The notes under the pieces: generated by a model
The model's database searches: none
What the model saw: only the letters and a program-made list of their open reading frames with translations
What the model was told of the DNA's origin: nothing
NCBI GenBank assembly: GCA_018824925.1
Contig: JAHJFH010000026.1
Span: 1-30,647, forward strand
Source: Thermoplasmatota archaeon
GTDB lineage: Archaea > Thermoplasmatota > E2 > DHVEG-1
DNA length: 30,647 bases
Direction: 5' to 3'
In this document: one piece after another, positions 17,492 through 26,854 of the stretch
Numbering within the stretch: position 1 is the first letter of the stretch
How the letters are laid out: each line of letters starts with the position of its first letter
Made by a program: the position numbers and the translations under genes

Positions 17492-18802
17492 ATGCGTCCT
17501 GCACCCGTAGAACAACAACTTGGAATCACCACCTTTTATACCACCCACCCCGGGTTAGGTGGTACACTGCGTGCCATCCCTCAAGATTTTCAGGTACGAG
17601 AACATCCGCAATTACCACCCGAAAATCCCACAGGTCGCTACCTTCTTACCTGGGTAGAAAGCACCAACTGGGATACCCACCTCCTTGTCAAAGAACTCAG
17701 TCGACGACTCCACATCTCCCAGCAACGAATACAATTCGCGGGAACAAAAGATAAACACGCGGTTACCACACAACTCATGACGATCGCAGATTGTTCCACA
17801 GAATCACTCACTACATTATCAATCAAGGATGTCACCCTCACCCCACTCTATCAGGTACAACAACCACTTCACCTCGGAGATCTCAAGGGTAATCAGTTTA
17901 CCATCATCATCCGAGATATCACACCGAAAAAGATAACAACGATACTACCGAAATATCTCCACTTTTTTCATGAAACACCGGGATTTCCCAATTATTTTGG
18001 TATACAACGATTTGGTGGCATCAGACCCATTACCCACCTTATTGGAAAACACCTAACACAAGGCGATATCACCGCAGCGGTCATGAGCTATCTATCAACC
18101 GCATTTCCACAAGAGGACCCCCACATACAGACCATCCGAAACGATTTACGGGACTCACACGATTTTTTACACGCCCTTAACCAGTTTCCCCGAAGCTTTC
18201 GCTATGAACGAGCATTGCTCTCAAGTCTTGTTCAAAACCCCACTTCTTATGTAGATGCGCTACAGGTTCTCCCCAAAAACCTCCTCCTCATGTTTATCAA
18301 TGCCTACCAATCCTATTTATTCAACCAAATGATCAGTCAACGACTCAAAAAACAGCTTCCCATACATCAGGCCCTGATCGGTGACATCGTCCTCCCAGTC
18401 AAACAACCACCACATCACCAGGAATCAATCCAGGTAACCACAGAAAACCTTACCAAAGTAAACCGACAAATCGAAAAAAACCACGCCCGGGTCAGCGGCC
18501 TTCTCTTTGGAAATTCAACCAGGTTTGCTGAAGGGGAAATGGGGGAAATAGAACGTCACATCATTGATCAGGAAGGATTAGAACCACACCACTTCATCAT
18601 TTCAGATATCCCCTTTTTATCCTCCTCGGGTACACGTCGAGCAATCTACACATCCGTCAAAGAGTTACAGGTATCCCACCGCCCTGATGCTCTTCATAAT
18701 GGCAAATATACCCTTAATTTATCATTTTCATTAGACAAAGGATGTTACGCATCGGTATTTCTTCGGGAATGGATGAAATCCTCAGATATAACGAAGTACT
18801 AA
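17492..18802 (+). CDS. truD: tRNA pseudouridine(13) synthase TruD/Pus7
   Basis: Motifs DFQVRE, FAGTKDKHAVTTQ (catalytic Asp), LGDLKGNQF, PNYFGIQRFG and KGCYAS. Confidence 0.96.
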   Translation: MRPAPVEQQLGITTFYTTHPGLGGTLRAIPQDFQVREHPQLPPENPTGRYLLTWVESTNWDTHLLVKELSRRLHISQQRIQFAGTKDKHAVTTQLMTIADCSTESLTTLSIKDVTLTPLYQVQQPLHLGDLKGNQFTIIIRDITPKKITTILPKYLHFFHETPGFPNYFGIQRFGGIRPITHLIGKHLTQGDITAAVMSYLSTAFPQEDPHIQTIRNDLRDSHDFLHALNQFPRSFRYERALLSSLVQNPTSYVDALQVLPKNLLLMFINAYQSYLFNQMISQRLKKQLPIHQALIGDIVLPVKQPPHHQESIQVTTENLTKVNRQIEKNHARVSGLLFGNSTRFAEGEMGEIERHIIDQEGLEPHHFIISDIPFLSSSGTRRAIYTSVKELQVSHRPDALHNGKYTLNLSFSLDKGCYASVFLREWMKSSDITKY

Positions 18803-18922
18803 ACACAGAAAGTTCACCACCAGAAATTAAGAAAAAAAAATAATTTATCATAATACGGGGGATAACGGGCTGATCCCCGGGGATAATCTGAAATCAACCC
18901 GCCTAGGAAGGGAGTGGTGTTG

Positions 18923-19027
18923 CTAAACCTGAAGATCAACATTAACAAGATGACCCTGACATAAGGGACAACAGCGAAATCGTTGATCAAACCGGGTTTT
19001 ACATTGAATACATATGTAATGAACCAT
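18923..19027 (-). CDS. 34-aa CPxCG-type zinc-finger microprotein
   Basis: MVHYICIQCKTRFDQRFRCCPLCQGHLVNVDLQV*, with two CxxC pairs. GTGAT SD 7 nt upstream and TTATATA at 19062-19068. Below the ORF-track size cutoff. Confidence 0.65.
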   Translation of the reverse strand: MVHYICIQCKTRFDQRFRCCPLCQGHLVNVDLQV

Positions 19028-19243
19028 AACACATATCACAGTAATCAATTAATCTAAGAAGTATATAATTTTGTCGACGATAAATACGTTTATTGACGTA
19101 TTAATATTTAAATAATACCACGCATCCACCACACTACAAAAATCGTCAATAAAAAACAACCATACACCAATAACCAATCACCCTACAAAAAATTAATATA
19201 TCCCATTTTTTTTATAGTATTTCACTAACGGAGGGATGAGAGC

Positions 19244-19441
19244 ATAGAGGAAATACTTTATGATGTAGAAATTCATAGAAATGAGGGGAGATTTGTCGGA
19301 AAACTCTACTCCGACATCGATGGAATCAAAGAATTCCACAGCGACCACATAGATAAACTCTTACGCGATATCATCTGCGATATGCAACTCGCACACGATG
19401 AATTCTCCAACCGCATGGGCGAACATATCGACGGATTCTAA
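19244..19441 (+). CDS. Small acidic hypothetical protein (65 aa), apparent ATA start
   Basis: Open frame IEEILYDVEIHRNEGRFVGKLYSDIDGIKEFHSDHIDKLLRDIICDMQLAHDEFSNRMGEHIDGF*. GGAGG lies 9 nt before the ATA and an in-frame TAA is at 19226-19228. Upstream TATA-like sequences and a downstream T-run flank it. Confidence 0.6.
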   Translation: MEEILYDVEIHRNEGRFVGKLYSDIDGIKEFHSDHIDKLLRDIICDMQLAHDEFSNRMGEHIDGF

Positions 19442-19631
19442 ACCATAACCATCCAAAAAACACCCTTTCACTTCATACACTAACCCCTCCCTTTTTTTTC
19501 TTTATCTATTATTTATTTGATATCATACATCACACAATACTAATTTTACGACGAAAACCATTTTAACAGGTTTTTGCCATTACGTGAGCGTCTCAGAAGA
19601 AAAAGACACTACAATATCTGGTGATACACGC

Positions 19632-22600
19632 ATGATTCAGACACCACCACAGAAATATTCACCCCGCACCATTGAAAAAAAAATACTAACATTTTGGCAA
19701 CAACAGAACATTTTTCAGAAATCCATCGATCAACGAAAAGGACAACCACCCTTTGTCTTCCTTGAAGGCCCACCAACTGCAAATGGCATGCCACATCCCG
19801 GCCATGTCCTCACCCGCGTCATGAAAGACCTTATACTACGCTACCAAGCAATGCATGGCCATTATATCCTACGGAAAGCAGGTTGGGATACCCATGGCCT
19901 CCCCGTTGAAATCGAGGTTGAAAAAAACCTTGGTCTAGAAGATAAACAAGGTATAGAAAAATATGGGGTCACCGCATTCAATGAAGAATGTAAAAAATGT
20001 GTATTCAAATATGAAAACGCCTGGGTTCACATGACGCAGCGTATTGGCTTTTGGCTTGACATGGATCATCCGTACATCACCCTAAAAAATGAGTATATTG
20101 AATCGGTCTGGTGGTCATTAAAACAAGCCTGGGAAAAAAAACTCCTTTACAAAGGCCATAAAGTCGTCCCCTACTGCCCCCGATGTGGTACCGTCCTCTC
20201 AGCCCATGAAATGGCACAAGGATACAAAACCATTGAAGAACCCTCCATTTTTGTAAAATTTAAACTTAAAAACGAGGATGCCTACTTCCTCGCCTGGACA
20301 ACCACCCCCTGGACACTGCTTTCCAATGTCGCCCTTGCAGTCCATCCCAATAAAAACTACCTCAAAATCCGTTATAATGGCCAGGTCATCATCCTTGCTG
20401 AAGAACGAGCCGCATACATCCTTAAAGGCCAGGAATATGAACTCCTTGACAGTTTCAAAGGAAAAGAACTCGAACATACTCCCTATGAACCACTCTTTGA
20501 TTTTGCACCCTATTCAAAAAAAGGCTGGTATATTGTTCTCGCAGATTTTGTTACCATGGACGATGGAACAGGAATCGTCCATATCGCCCCCGCATTTGGT
20601 GAAGATGACTATACTGTCGGCCGTACCTATGATCTCCCCGTCGTTCAGCTCGTCAGACTCGATGGCACCTTTCCCAAAGAAGTCACTCTCTGGGCAGGAC
20701 AATTTGTCAAAGACGCAGACCCCAGCATCATAGAATATCTCGATGAACGCGGCATGCTGGAAGGACAAAAAGCCTATGCTCACGAATATCCCTTCTGCTG
20801 GCGGTGCGACTCCCCCCTCCTCTATTACGCCCTTGAATCATGGTTTATCGCCATGACAAAAGTCCAAGAATCACTCATCAAAAATAATAACCAAATTCAC
20901 TGGTTCCCCCCGCATCTTCAACAAGGCCGATTCGGAGACTTCATCCGTGATGTCAAAGACTGGGCACTCTCCCGCGATCGATTTTGGGGAACACCCCTGC
21001 CAATCTGGACCTGTAACGACCCAACATGCCACCATCAACTCTGCATCGGCAGCATCCAAGAACTAAAGGAACTCAGCGAAAACTTCACCGAAGACTACGA
21101 ACTTCATAAACCCTATATCGACACACTTATACTCCACTGCCCCAAATGCAACAGCACCATGACCCGTGAAAAAGAAGTTATTGACTGCTGGTATGACTCT
21201 GGCAGCTCATTTTTTGCCCAATGGCATTACCCCTTCGAACACCAAAACGAATTCAAACAAAACTTCCCCATTGATTTCATCAGCGAAGCCCTCGATCAAA
21301 CCCGTGGATGGTTCTACTCACTCCTTGCCATATCCACCTTCTTATTTGACCAACCCAGCTACAAAACCGTCCTTACCCTTGGTCTCGTCCTCGATAAAGA
21401 TAACCAAAAAATGAGTAAAAGCAAACAAAACTATGTCGACCCCACCATCATCCTTGATAACGAAGGCGCTGATGCCCTCCGCTGGTACCTCTTCTCCGCC
21501 AATGCACCCTGGAACTCCACCCGCTTCTATGAAGACGCAGTCAAAGACACCCTCGGAAAATTCATCCTCACCCTCTGGAACTCCTACAATTTCTTTGCCA
21601 CCTATGCCATCCTCGATGCCTTCACACCTGAAGACACCCCACCACCCATCGACCAACGACCACTCCTTGATCAATGGATACTCAGCAGCTTCCACAGCCT
21701 CCTTTCACGCATCCCCAACTATTTTGATACCTTTGAAACCCACAAAGCAGCCCGAGACCTTGAAAGCTTCCTCATCGAAGACTTCAGCAACTGGTATCTC
21801 CGCCGCTCACGAAAACGCCTCTGGGAAGAACAACAAACCGCTGACAAACGCGCCGCCTACCACACCCTCTACGACATATTCCTTGGGTTAACCAAAACCC
21901 TTGCCCCCTTCATACCTTTCATCACCGAAGAAATATACCAAAACCTTAAAACACCAGCCATGCCTGAAAGTATCCACCTCTGCGACTACCCACAAACCAA
22001 CTATATTTTTATCAATACCTCGCTCGAAAACGCTATGCAGCAAATCCGCGAACTCGTTGAAGCAGGCCGTGCACTCCGCTCAAAAATCGGCATCAAAGTC
22101 CGCTACCCCCTTAAAGAAGCCACCATCATCTGCAAAACCACCACCCAAAAACAGCTTACCCCCCTCCTTGATCTTCTGAAAGATGAACTCAATGTCAAAA
22201 CCATAACATTTCACACCACACTACATCCCTTCATGCGACACTATGCCAAACCCAACTATTCCATACTGGGACCAAAATACAAACAACTCGCCAAACCCAT
22301 CACTGACACCCTCACTACCATGGACCGACACACCCTCACCACCACCCTCGAAACCAAGAAAAAAATAATCCTCACTATCAACACACAAACCATAACCCTC
22401 ACCAAAGACGATTTCACCTTCGTCGAAGAACCAAAACCTGATATCGCCCTCACCGAACTCGAAAACAAAACCATCATCCTCCATACAACACTCACCCCAG
22501 AACTAGAGGCCGAAGGACTCGCCCGAGAAATCATCAGACGCATACAATCCATGCGCAAAGATCAAAACCTCGAAGTAGAACAACAAATCACTACAGAACT

Positions 22601-22760
22601 CCAACTCCCCCCTGAAAAAGAACCACTCATTACCCCCTGGCTCGCACATATCAGCACAGAAACCCGATCACACACAATCACCCTTACAAAAAGACCCAAA
22701 GGAACCACAAAGACTTGGACTATCGACGACCTCACAATCACCATCGGAATCACCCTCTAA
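19632..22760 (+). CDS. ileS: Isoleucine-tRNA ligase (archaeal/eukaryote type)
   Basis: Motifs GPPTANGMPHPGH (HIGH), GWDTHGLPVE, AWTTTPWTL, GTGIVHIAP, DWALSRDRFWG, DQTRGWF and KMSKS. GGTGAT SD (19620-19625) supports ATG 19632 over GTG 19584. Confidence 0.98.
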   Translation: MIQTPPQKYSPRTIEKKILTFWQQQNIFQKSIDQRKGQPPFVFLEGPPTANGMPHPGHVLTRVMKDLILRYQAMHGHYILRKAGWDTHGLPVEIEVEKNLGLEDKQGIEKYGVTAFNEECKKCVFKYENAWVHMTQRIGFWLDMDHPYITLKNEYIESVWWSLKQAWEKKLLYKGHKVVPYCPRCGTVLSAHEMAQGYKTIEEPSIFVKFKLKNEDAYFLAWTTTPWTLLSNVALAVHPNKNYLKIRYNGQVIILAEERAAYILKGQEYELLDSFKGKELEHTPYEPLFDFAPYSKKGWYIVLADFVTMDDGTGIVHIAPAFGEDDYTVGRTYDLPVVQLVRLDGTFPKEVTLWAGQFVKDADPSIIEYLDERGMLEGQKAYAHEYPFCWRCDSPLLYYALESWFIAMTKVQESLIKNNNQIHWFPPHLQQGRFGDFIRDVKDWALSRDRFWGTPLPIWTCNDPTCHHQLCIGSIQELKELSENFTEDYELHKPYIDTLILHCPKCNSTMTREKEVIDCWYDSGSSFFAQWHYPFEHQNEFKQNFPIDFISEALDQTRGWFYSLLAISTFLFDQPSYKTVLTLGLVLDKDNQKMSKSKQNYVDPTIILDNEGADALRWYLFSANAPWNSTRFYEDAVKDTLGKFILTLWNSYNFFATYAILDAFTPEDTPPPIDQRPLLDQWILSSFHSLLSRIPNYFDTFETHKAARDLESFLIEDFSNWYLRRSRKRLWEEQQTADKRAAYHTLYDIFLGLTKTLAPFIPFITEEIYQNLKTPAMPESIHLCDYPQTNYIFINTSLENAMQQIRELVEAGRALRSKIGIKVRYPLKEATIICKTTTQKQLTPLLDLLKDELNVKTITFHTTLHPFMRHYAKPNYSILGPKYKQLAKPITDTLTTMDRHTLTTTLETKKKIILTINTQTITLTKDDFTFVEEPKPDIALTELENKTIILHTTLTPELEAEGLAREIIRRIQSMRKDQNLEVEQQITTELQLPPEKEPLITPWLAHISTETRSHTITLTKRPKGTTKTWTIDDLTITIGITL

Positions 22761-22824
22761 ACGATAGCTACAAATACTTCAAACACCCTTGCTTTTTTTC
22801 CCAACTATGGAGTAATCGAAATCA

Positions 22825-23820
22825 ATGATATGCCTTGGTATCGAAGGAACCGCTCATAGCTATGGCGTTGGCATAATCACCAACGAAAAAAAACACTGCA
22901 ACGTACTTGCTAACATCATCCATACCTACCAACCACCACAGGGAGGTATACACCCCCGAGAAGCCGCCAACCATCATGTCACCTACGCTGATCAAATAAT
23001 CAAAGAAGCCCTCACCCACGCTCACCTAACCCTCCCTGATATCGACCTTATCAGTTTCTCACAAGGACCTGGACTTGGCCCCTGTCTCCGCACAGCAGCT
23101 ACCGCTGCTCGTGCCCTTGCCCTTACCCTAAACAAACCACTTATTGGTGTCAACCACTGTGTAGCCCATCTTGAAATCGGTCGCGGCACTATACCTGCCT
23201 GTACCAACCCCATTCTTCTCTATGTATCAGGAGCAAACACCCAAATCATCGGATTTGCTGAAGGAAAATACCGGGTATTTGGAGAAACACTCGACATCGG
23301 TATCGGGAACTGCTTAGATAAATTTGGTCGATATGTTAACCTCGCGTTTCCCGCTGGACCGAAAATAGAGACACTCGCCCAACAAGGCACCACCTACTAC
23401 CCCCTCCCATACACTATAAAAGGAATGGATGTCGCCTTCTCAGGATTACTTACCGGCGCACAACAATATATCTCCCGCCATAAACCCCTCAAAGACATCT
23501 GTTATTCCATACAAGAAACCACCTTTGCTGCTTTAACTGAGGTGACCGAACGTGCCATGGCCCATACCGAAAAAAAACAGGTTCTCCTTGGCGGTGGTGT
23601 TGCGAGTAATACACGCTTACGTGACATGGTAAAAACCATGGCCGATGAACGACATGCCCAGTTCTTTGTCCCCCGTAAAGACCTCTGTATTGACAATGGA
23701 GCAATGATTGCCTGGCTTGGATATGTTATGCATATCCATGGACATACCATGACCATCAAACAAAGTAAGATAAACCAACGCTATCGAACCGACATGGTGG
23801 AGGTAACCTGGTATGCCTAA
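22825..23820 (+). CDS. kae1: KEOPS N6-threonylcarbamoyltransferase Kae1
   Basis: Motifs GIEGTAH, GGIHPREAA, GPGLGPCL, VNHCVAHLE, SGANTQ, GETLDIGIGN and CIDNGAMIA. Confidence 0.96.
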   Translation: MICLGIEGTAHSYGVGIITNEKKHCNVLANIIHTYQPPQGGIHPREAANHHVTYADQIIKEALTHAHLTLPDIDLISFSQGPGLGPCLRTAATAARALALTLNKPLIGVNHCVAHLEIGRGTIPACTNPILLYVSGANTQIIGFAEGKYRVFGETLDIGIGNCLDKFGRYVNLAFPAGPKIETLAQQGTTYYPLPYTIKGMDVAFSGLLTGAQQYISRHKPLKDICYSIQETTFAALTEVTERAMAHTEKKQVLLGGGVASNTRLRDMVKTMADERHAQFFVPRKDLCIDNGAMIAWLGYVMHIHGHTMTIKQSKINQRYRTDMVEVTWYA

Positions 23821-24436
23821 CAACATCATTTATCAGGGTGCTGAGGCAATCCTTACCAAAACCACCTACCATAACCTCCCCGCGGTACAAAAACAACGTA
23901 TCCCAAAATCATATCGCATCAAAGAAATCGATACCCCGCTCATTACCTATCGAACGAAAGAAGAAGCAAAACTTATTATCGAAGCACGATCTGCAGGTGT
24001 CCCCGTCCCCCTTATCTATGATATCGACCAGAAAAATGGTATACTCCTCCTTGAATATCTCAGTGGACCACGGATCAAAGACATACTTAACAACCTAGAA
24101 AACTCGGTACTGGAAACAATATGTCAAAAAATTGGTAAAAATATTGCCATGCTTCACAACCATGATCTCATCCATGGTGATATCACTACCTCTAATATGA
24201 TCTATCAAGATACTCAAATCTTTTTCATCGATTTTGGTTTAGGGAGCAAAACAACAGAACTTGAGGCAAAAGGAGTTGATCTTCATGTACTCATGGAAGC
24301 CTTTGAATCAACTCACTCTCAAAAAACACACTGTTTTTCTTGGGTGATGGACGGCTACAGAACCCATTATACTGGAAAAAGTAAAGCCGTGGAACAGAAA
24401 ATACATGAAATTGTGAAACGAGGACGATACCGATGA
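23813..24436 (+). CDS. bud32: KEOPS kinase/ATPase Bud32
   Basis: Motifs QGAEA, KQRIPKSYR, HGDITTSN, IDFGL, KGVDLHVL and C-terminal RGRY. Confidence 0.95.
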   Translation: MPNNIIYQGAEAILTKTTYHNLPAVQKQRIPKSYRIKEIDTPLITYRTKEEAKLIIEARSAGVPVPLIYDIDQKNGILLLEYLSGPRIKDILNNLENSVLETICQKIGKNIAMLHNHDLIHGDITTSNMIYQDTQIFFIDFGLGSKTTELEAKGVDLHVLMEAFESTHSQKTHCFSWVMDGYRTHYTGKSKAVEQKIHEIVKRGRYR

Positions 24437-24990
24437 AAACCCTTTATTTCATCACCGGTAATGAAGGAAAAGTCATAGAACTACAGGAAAAACTCAAGCC
24501 TCTTAACTATACCATACTTCAGAAAGACCTTGGGTACCCCGAACTCCAAGCAGATACCCTTGAAGAGGTCGCAACATATGGACTCAATCATGTCAAAGCA
24601 TCCTTTTCCAAACCCTTCATACTCGAGGATGCAGGGTTGTTTATCACCGCCCTCAAGGGCTTTCCTGGTGTCTATTCGAAATTTGTCTATTTCACTCTGG
24701 GACTTGGTGGTATACTCCAACTTATGAACCAATATAAAAATCGTCAAGCCATCTTTCGATCAGTCTATGGTTATTATGATGGAAAAGACAGCATACATCT
24801 TTTTAATGGGGAATGCTCTGGTGTAATATCTCAAGAAAAACGTGGATCCCATGGTTTTGGTTATGACCCCATTTTTGTTCCCAATGGAGATGTTAGAACC
24901 TTTGCTGAACTGACGATTTCTGAAAAGAATCTGGTCTCGCATCGTGGTCGTGCGCTTGATCAGCTTATCGCATTTCTACAGAAACCATAA
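24433..24990 (+). CDS. rdgB: Non-canonical purine NTP pyrophosphatase (HAM1/RdgB)
   Basis: Motifs ITGNEGK, EDAGL, GFPGVYS, GFGYDPIF and SHRGRA. Confidence 0.95.
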   Translation: MKTLYFITGNEGKVIELQEKLKPLNYTILQKDLGYPELQADTLEEVATYGLNHVKASFSKPFILEDAGLFITALKGFPGVYSKFVYFTLGLGGILQLMNQYKNRQAIFRSVYGYYDGKDSIHLFNGECSGVISQEKRGSHGFGYDPIFVPNGDVRTFAELTISEKNLVSHRGRALDQLIAFLQKP

Positions 24991-25002
24991 CTGTAGACTC
25001 GG

Positions 25003-26247
25003 TTAGGGTGGGAGTACGAAGACGCTTATTACCAGTTTTTTCTCAATTGTCATAAGTGTGTCAACAATTACCGTAACTGTAACCGTTCCAAAACCAAATA
25101 ATACTGGAGACATACTCCTGTAGGTAAGCTCTTCATTATTACTTATGAAAGTATCATATTTGTGGGTAAAGCCTGTTCCATTGTGATTTAGAAGTGATCG
25201 AAATGGATAGGAATAGTTGCATTCAATTCGAACAAATAATGGGGTAAGCGTTATATTTCGAAGATCCGCAATATGAATAGTAAGACCGATACCACCGGAA
25301 ATTGCAAGATCAAATTCAGGGGGCGTATAATGCAGTGGTCGCATAAGAGGATAATTATCTGTTGCTGAAGGCCCACGGATACTATAGGGAGTATCACCGA
25401 TGCCGTCATCGTTTTCATCAACACCGTGATAATCCTGCCAATAATTACCACCACTGGGGTATCCATTATCCCAGGTATTATTTGATAAATCATAGGCATG
25501 TTCTACAGGGAACCCCAGAAAATCATTGTGATAAATATGGTTACCATCACTATATTTTCCAATAATAATCCCCTCCCATTTATTATTATTTAAAATATTA
25601 TCATGAATGCTATTTTCCATAGATTCCCATAGGTAGATACCATTGTCATTATTTGTGATTATGTTGTTGTAGATATGATTATATGCTGTATATTCAAGAC
25701 GTATTGCATGATAGACATTTTGGGTGATGATGGTATTCCGGATCGTTGTGTTATAGCCACCCTGGATGTAGATTCCATTGGCATTATGGATGATTAACAG
25801 GTCATCAAGGATCGTATCAGATCCTGTTACTTTTATACCGATTTTGCTCCAATAATGCCCACCATATTGTACCGTAAAACCTGTTATTTTTACGGTATCC
25901 GCTGAAATGGTAATGACATGGTTTTCATTTTTTCCATCGATTATGGTTGATTCTCGATCCTCCCCAATTAGAGAAAGTGATTTTGTTATGAAAAGGTTTT
26001 CATAGTAAGGTGATGAATTATTATACACATATACTATCTGTCCCTCTGTGGCATTGTCAAGAGCTGCTTGAATGGAGGAATAATTTCCGGGTCCATCTCC
26101 ACCGACATACAATGTTGTTGACAACACCAGTCCGGTGGTAGTATACATTGGGTCCAATTCTACAATGGATCCTTCACCCGTGAATATAGTACTACCGCTA
26201 AGAAGTGTCATAAGTATGAAAAATATGGCTATGTTTCGTAAGTTCAT
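25003..26247 (-). CDS. Secreted right-handed beta-helix (NosD/CASH-like) protein
   Basis: Signal peptide; LYVGGDGPGNYSSIQAALD; Asn/Ile/Gly-rich parallel beta-helix repeats; GGNYWQDY...DGIGDTPY...DNYPL. Confidence 0.88.
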   Translation of the reverse strand: MNLRNIAIFFILMTLLSGSTIFTGEGSIVELDPMYTTTGLVLSTTLYVGGDGPGNYSSIQAALDNATEGQIVYVYNNSSPYYENLFITKSLSLIGEDRESTIIDGKNENHVITISADTVKITGFTVQYGGHYWSKIGIKVTGSDTILDDLLIIHNANGIYIQGGYNTTIRNTIITQNVYHAIRLEYTAYNHIYNNIITNNDNGIYLWESMENSIHDNILNNNKWEGIIIGKYSDGNHIYHNDFLGFPVEHAYDLSNNTWDNGYPSGGNYWQDYHGVDENDDGIGDTPYSIRGPSATDNYPLMRPLHYTPPEFDLAISGGIGLTIHIADLRNITLTPLFVRIECNYSYPFRSLLNHNGTGFTHKYDTFISNNEELTYRSMSPVLFGFGTVTVTVIVDTLMTIEKKLVISVFVLPP

Positions 26248-26395
26248 ATAAGACCTCCATGTTTCTCAACCAGCTACATACTTATCTAATTTTTGCTTCA
26301 GTATCTCTAATTCATAAAAAATTATGCTTTAAAATGAGATAAAAATAGAAAAATATAAAAATATTCATACCTAATGCTTCATTACAGTAATTATA

Positions 26396-26839
26396 ATGGC
26401 ACGTATAAAACTCCCCTTCATTTCACTAATGCGAACCAACTTCCCTCTATTTTTAACTATAATGTTAATCCTTATAGCCTTGATATATGCAGTATGGGTT
26501 GGAATTGTGGCTCTTGGTGTATATTTTCTAGGGTTGTCAAATACATGGGCGGGGATGTCCATGGAACAATGGCTCTACAGCGGTATTGCCCTCCTTATTT
26601 TATTCATCATATTCACCCTGGTTTATCATTTCCTACCCGAGGTAATGAAACTGCTTCAGTTGAAAAAACAGCAGAAAAAACCACAATATTATCAGGGAAA
26701 ACGTATGTTTGATTTTACCTATCCACGTGGCTCCGAGGGCGGTATCTACAGCAGAACCTATGTTTCTATCGATGAAAATCAGATCATTAATTTTCGATAT
26801 CAGATGATTCCACCAGAGGATCTCTGGCATGTAAAATAA
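26396..26839 (+). CDS. Hypothetical membrane protein (two TM segments plus soluble C-terminal domain)
   Basis: Clean 147-aa ORF with hydrophobic helices and a C-terminal FTYPRGSEGGIYSRTYVSID domain. No family recognised. Confidence 0.7.
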   Translation: MARIKLPFISLMRTNFPLFLTIMLILIALIYAVWVGIVALGVYFLGLSNTWAGMSMEQWLYSGIALLILFIIFTLVYHFLPEVMKLLQLKKQQKKPQYYQGKRMFDFTYPRGSEGGIYSRTYVSIDENQIINFRYQMIPPEDLWHVK

Positions 26840-26854
26840 TTACGATCATGTGCC

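Noticed and set aside
18857-18874. GGGGATAACGGGCTGAT resembles the bacterial 23S rRNA peptidyl-transferase sequence GGGGATAACAGGCTGAT
   Set aside because: A roughly 16/17 match is near chance expectation for a 30-kb versus rRNA comparison, and there is no flanking rRNA similarity.
18814-19032. 72-aa GTG-start ORF from the track
   Set aside because: It overlaps the 34-aa zinc-finger ORF, which has the better SD spacing and a clear motif. No family features.
19609-22753. Many alternative-frame and antisense ORFs over ileS (and similarly over the C25 gene)
   Set aside because: These are by-products of the strong compositional skew, and the translations are low-complexity and motif-free.
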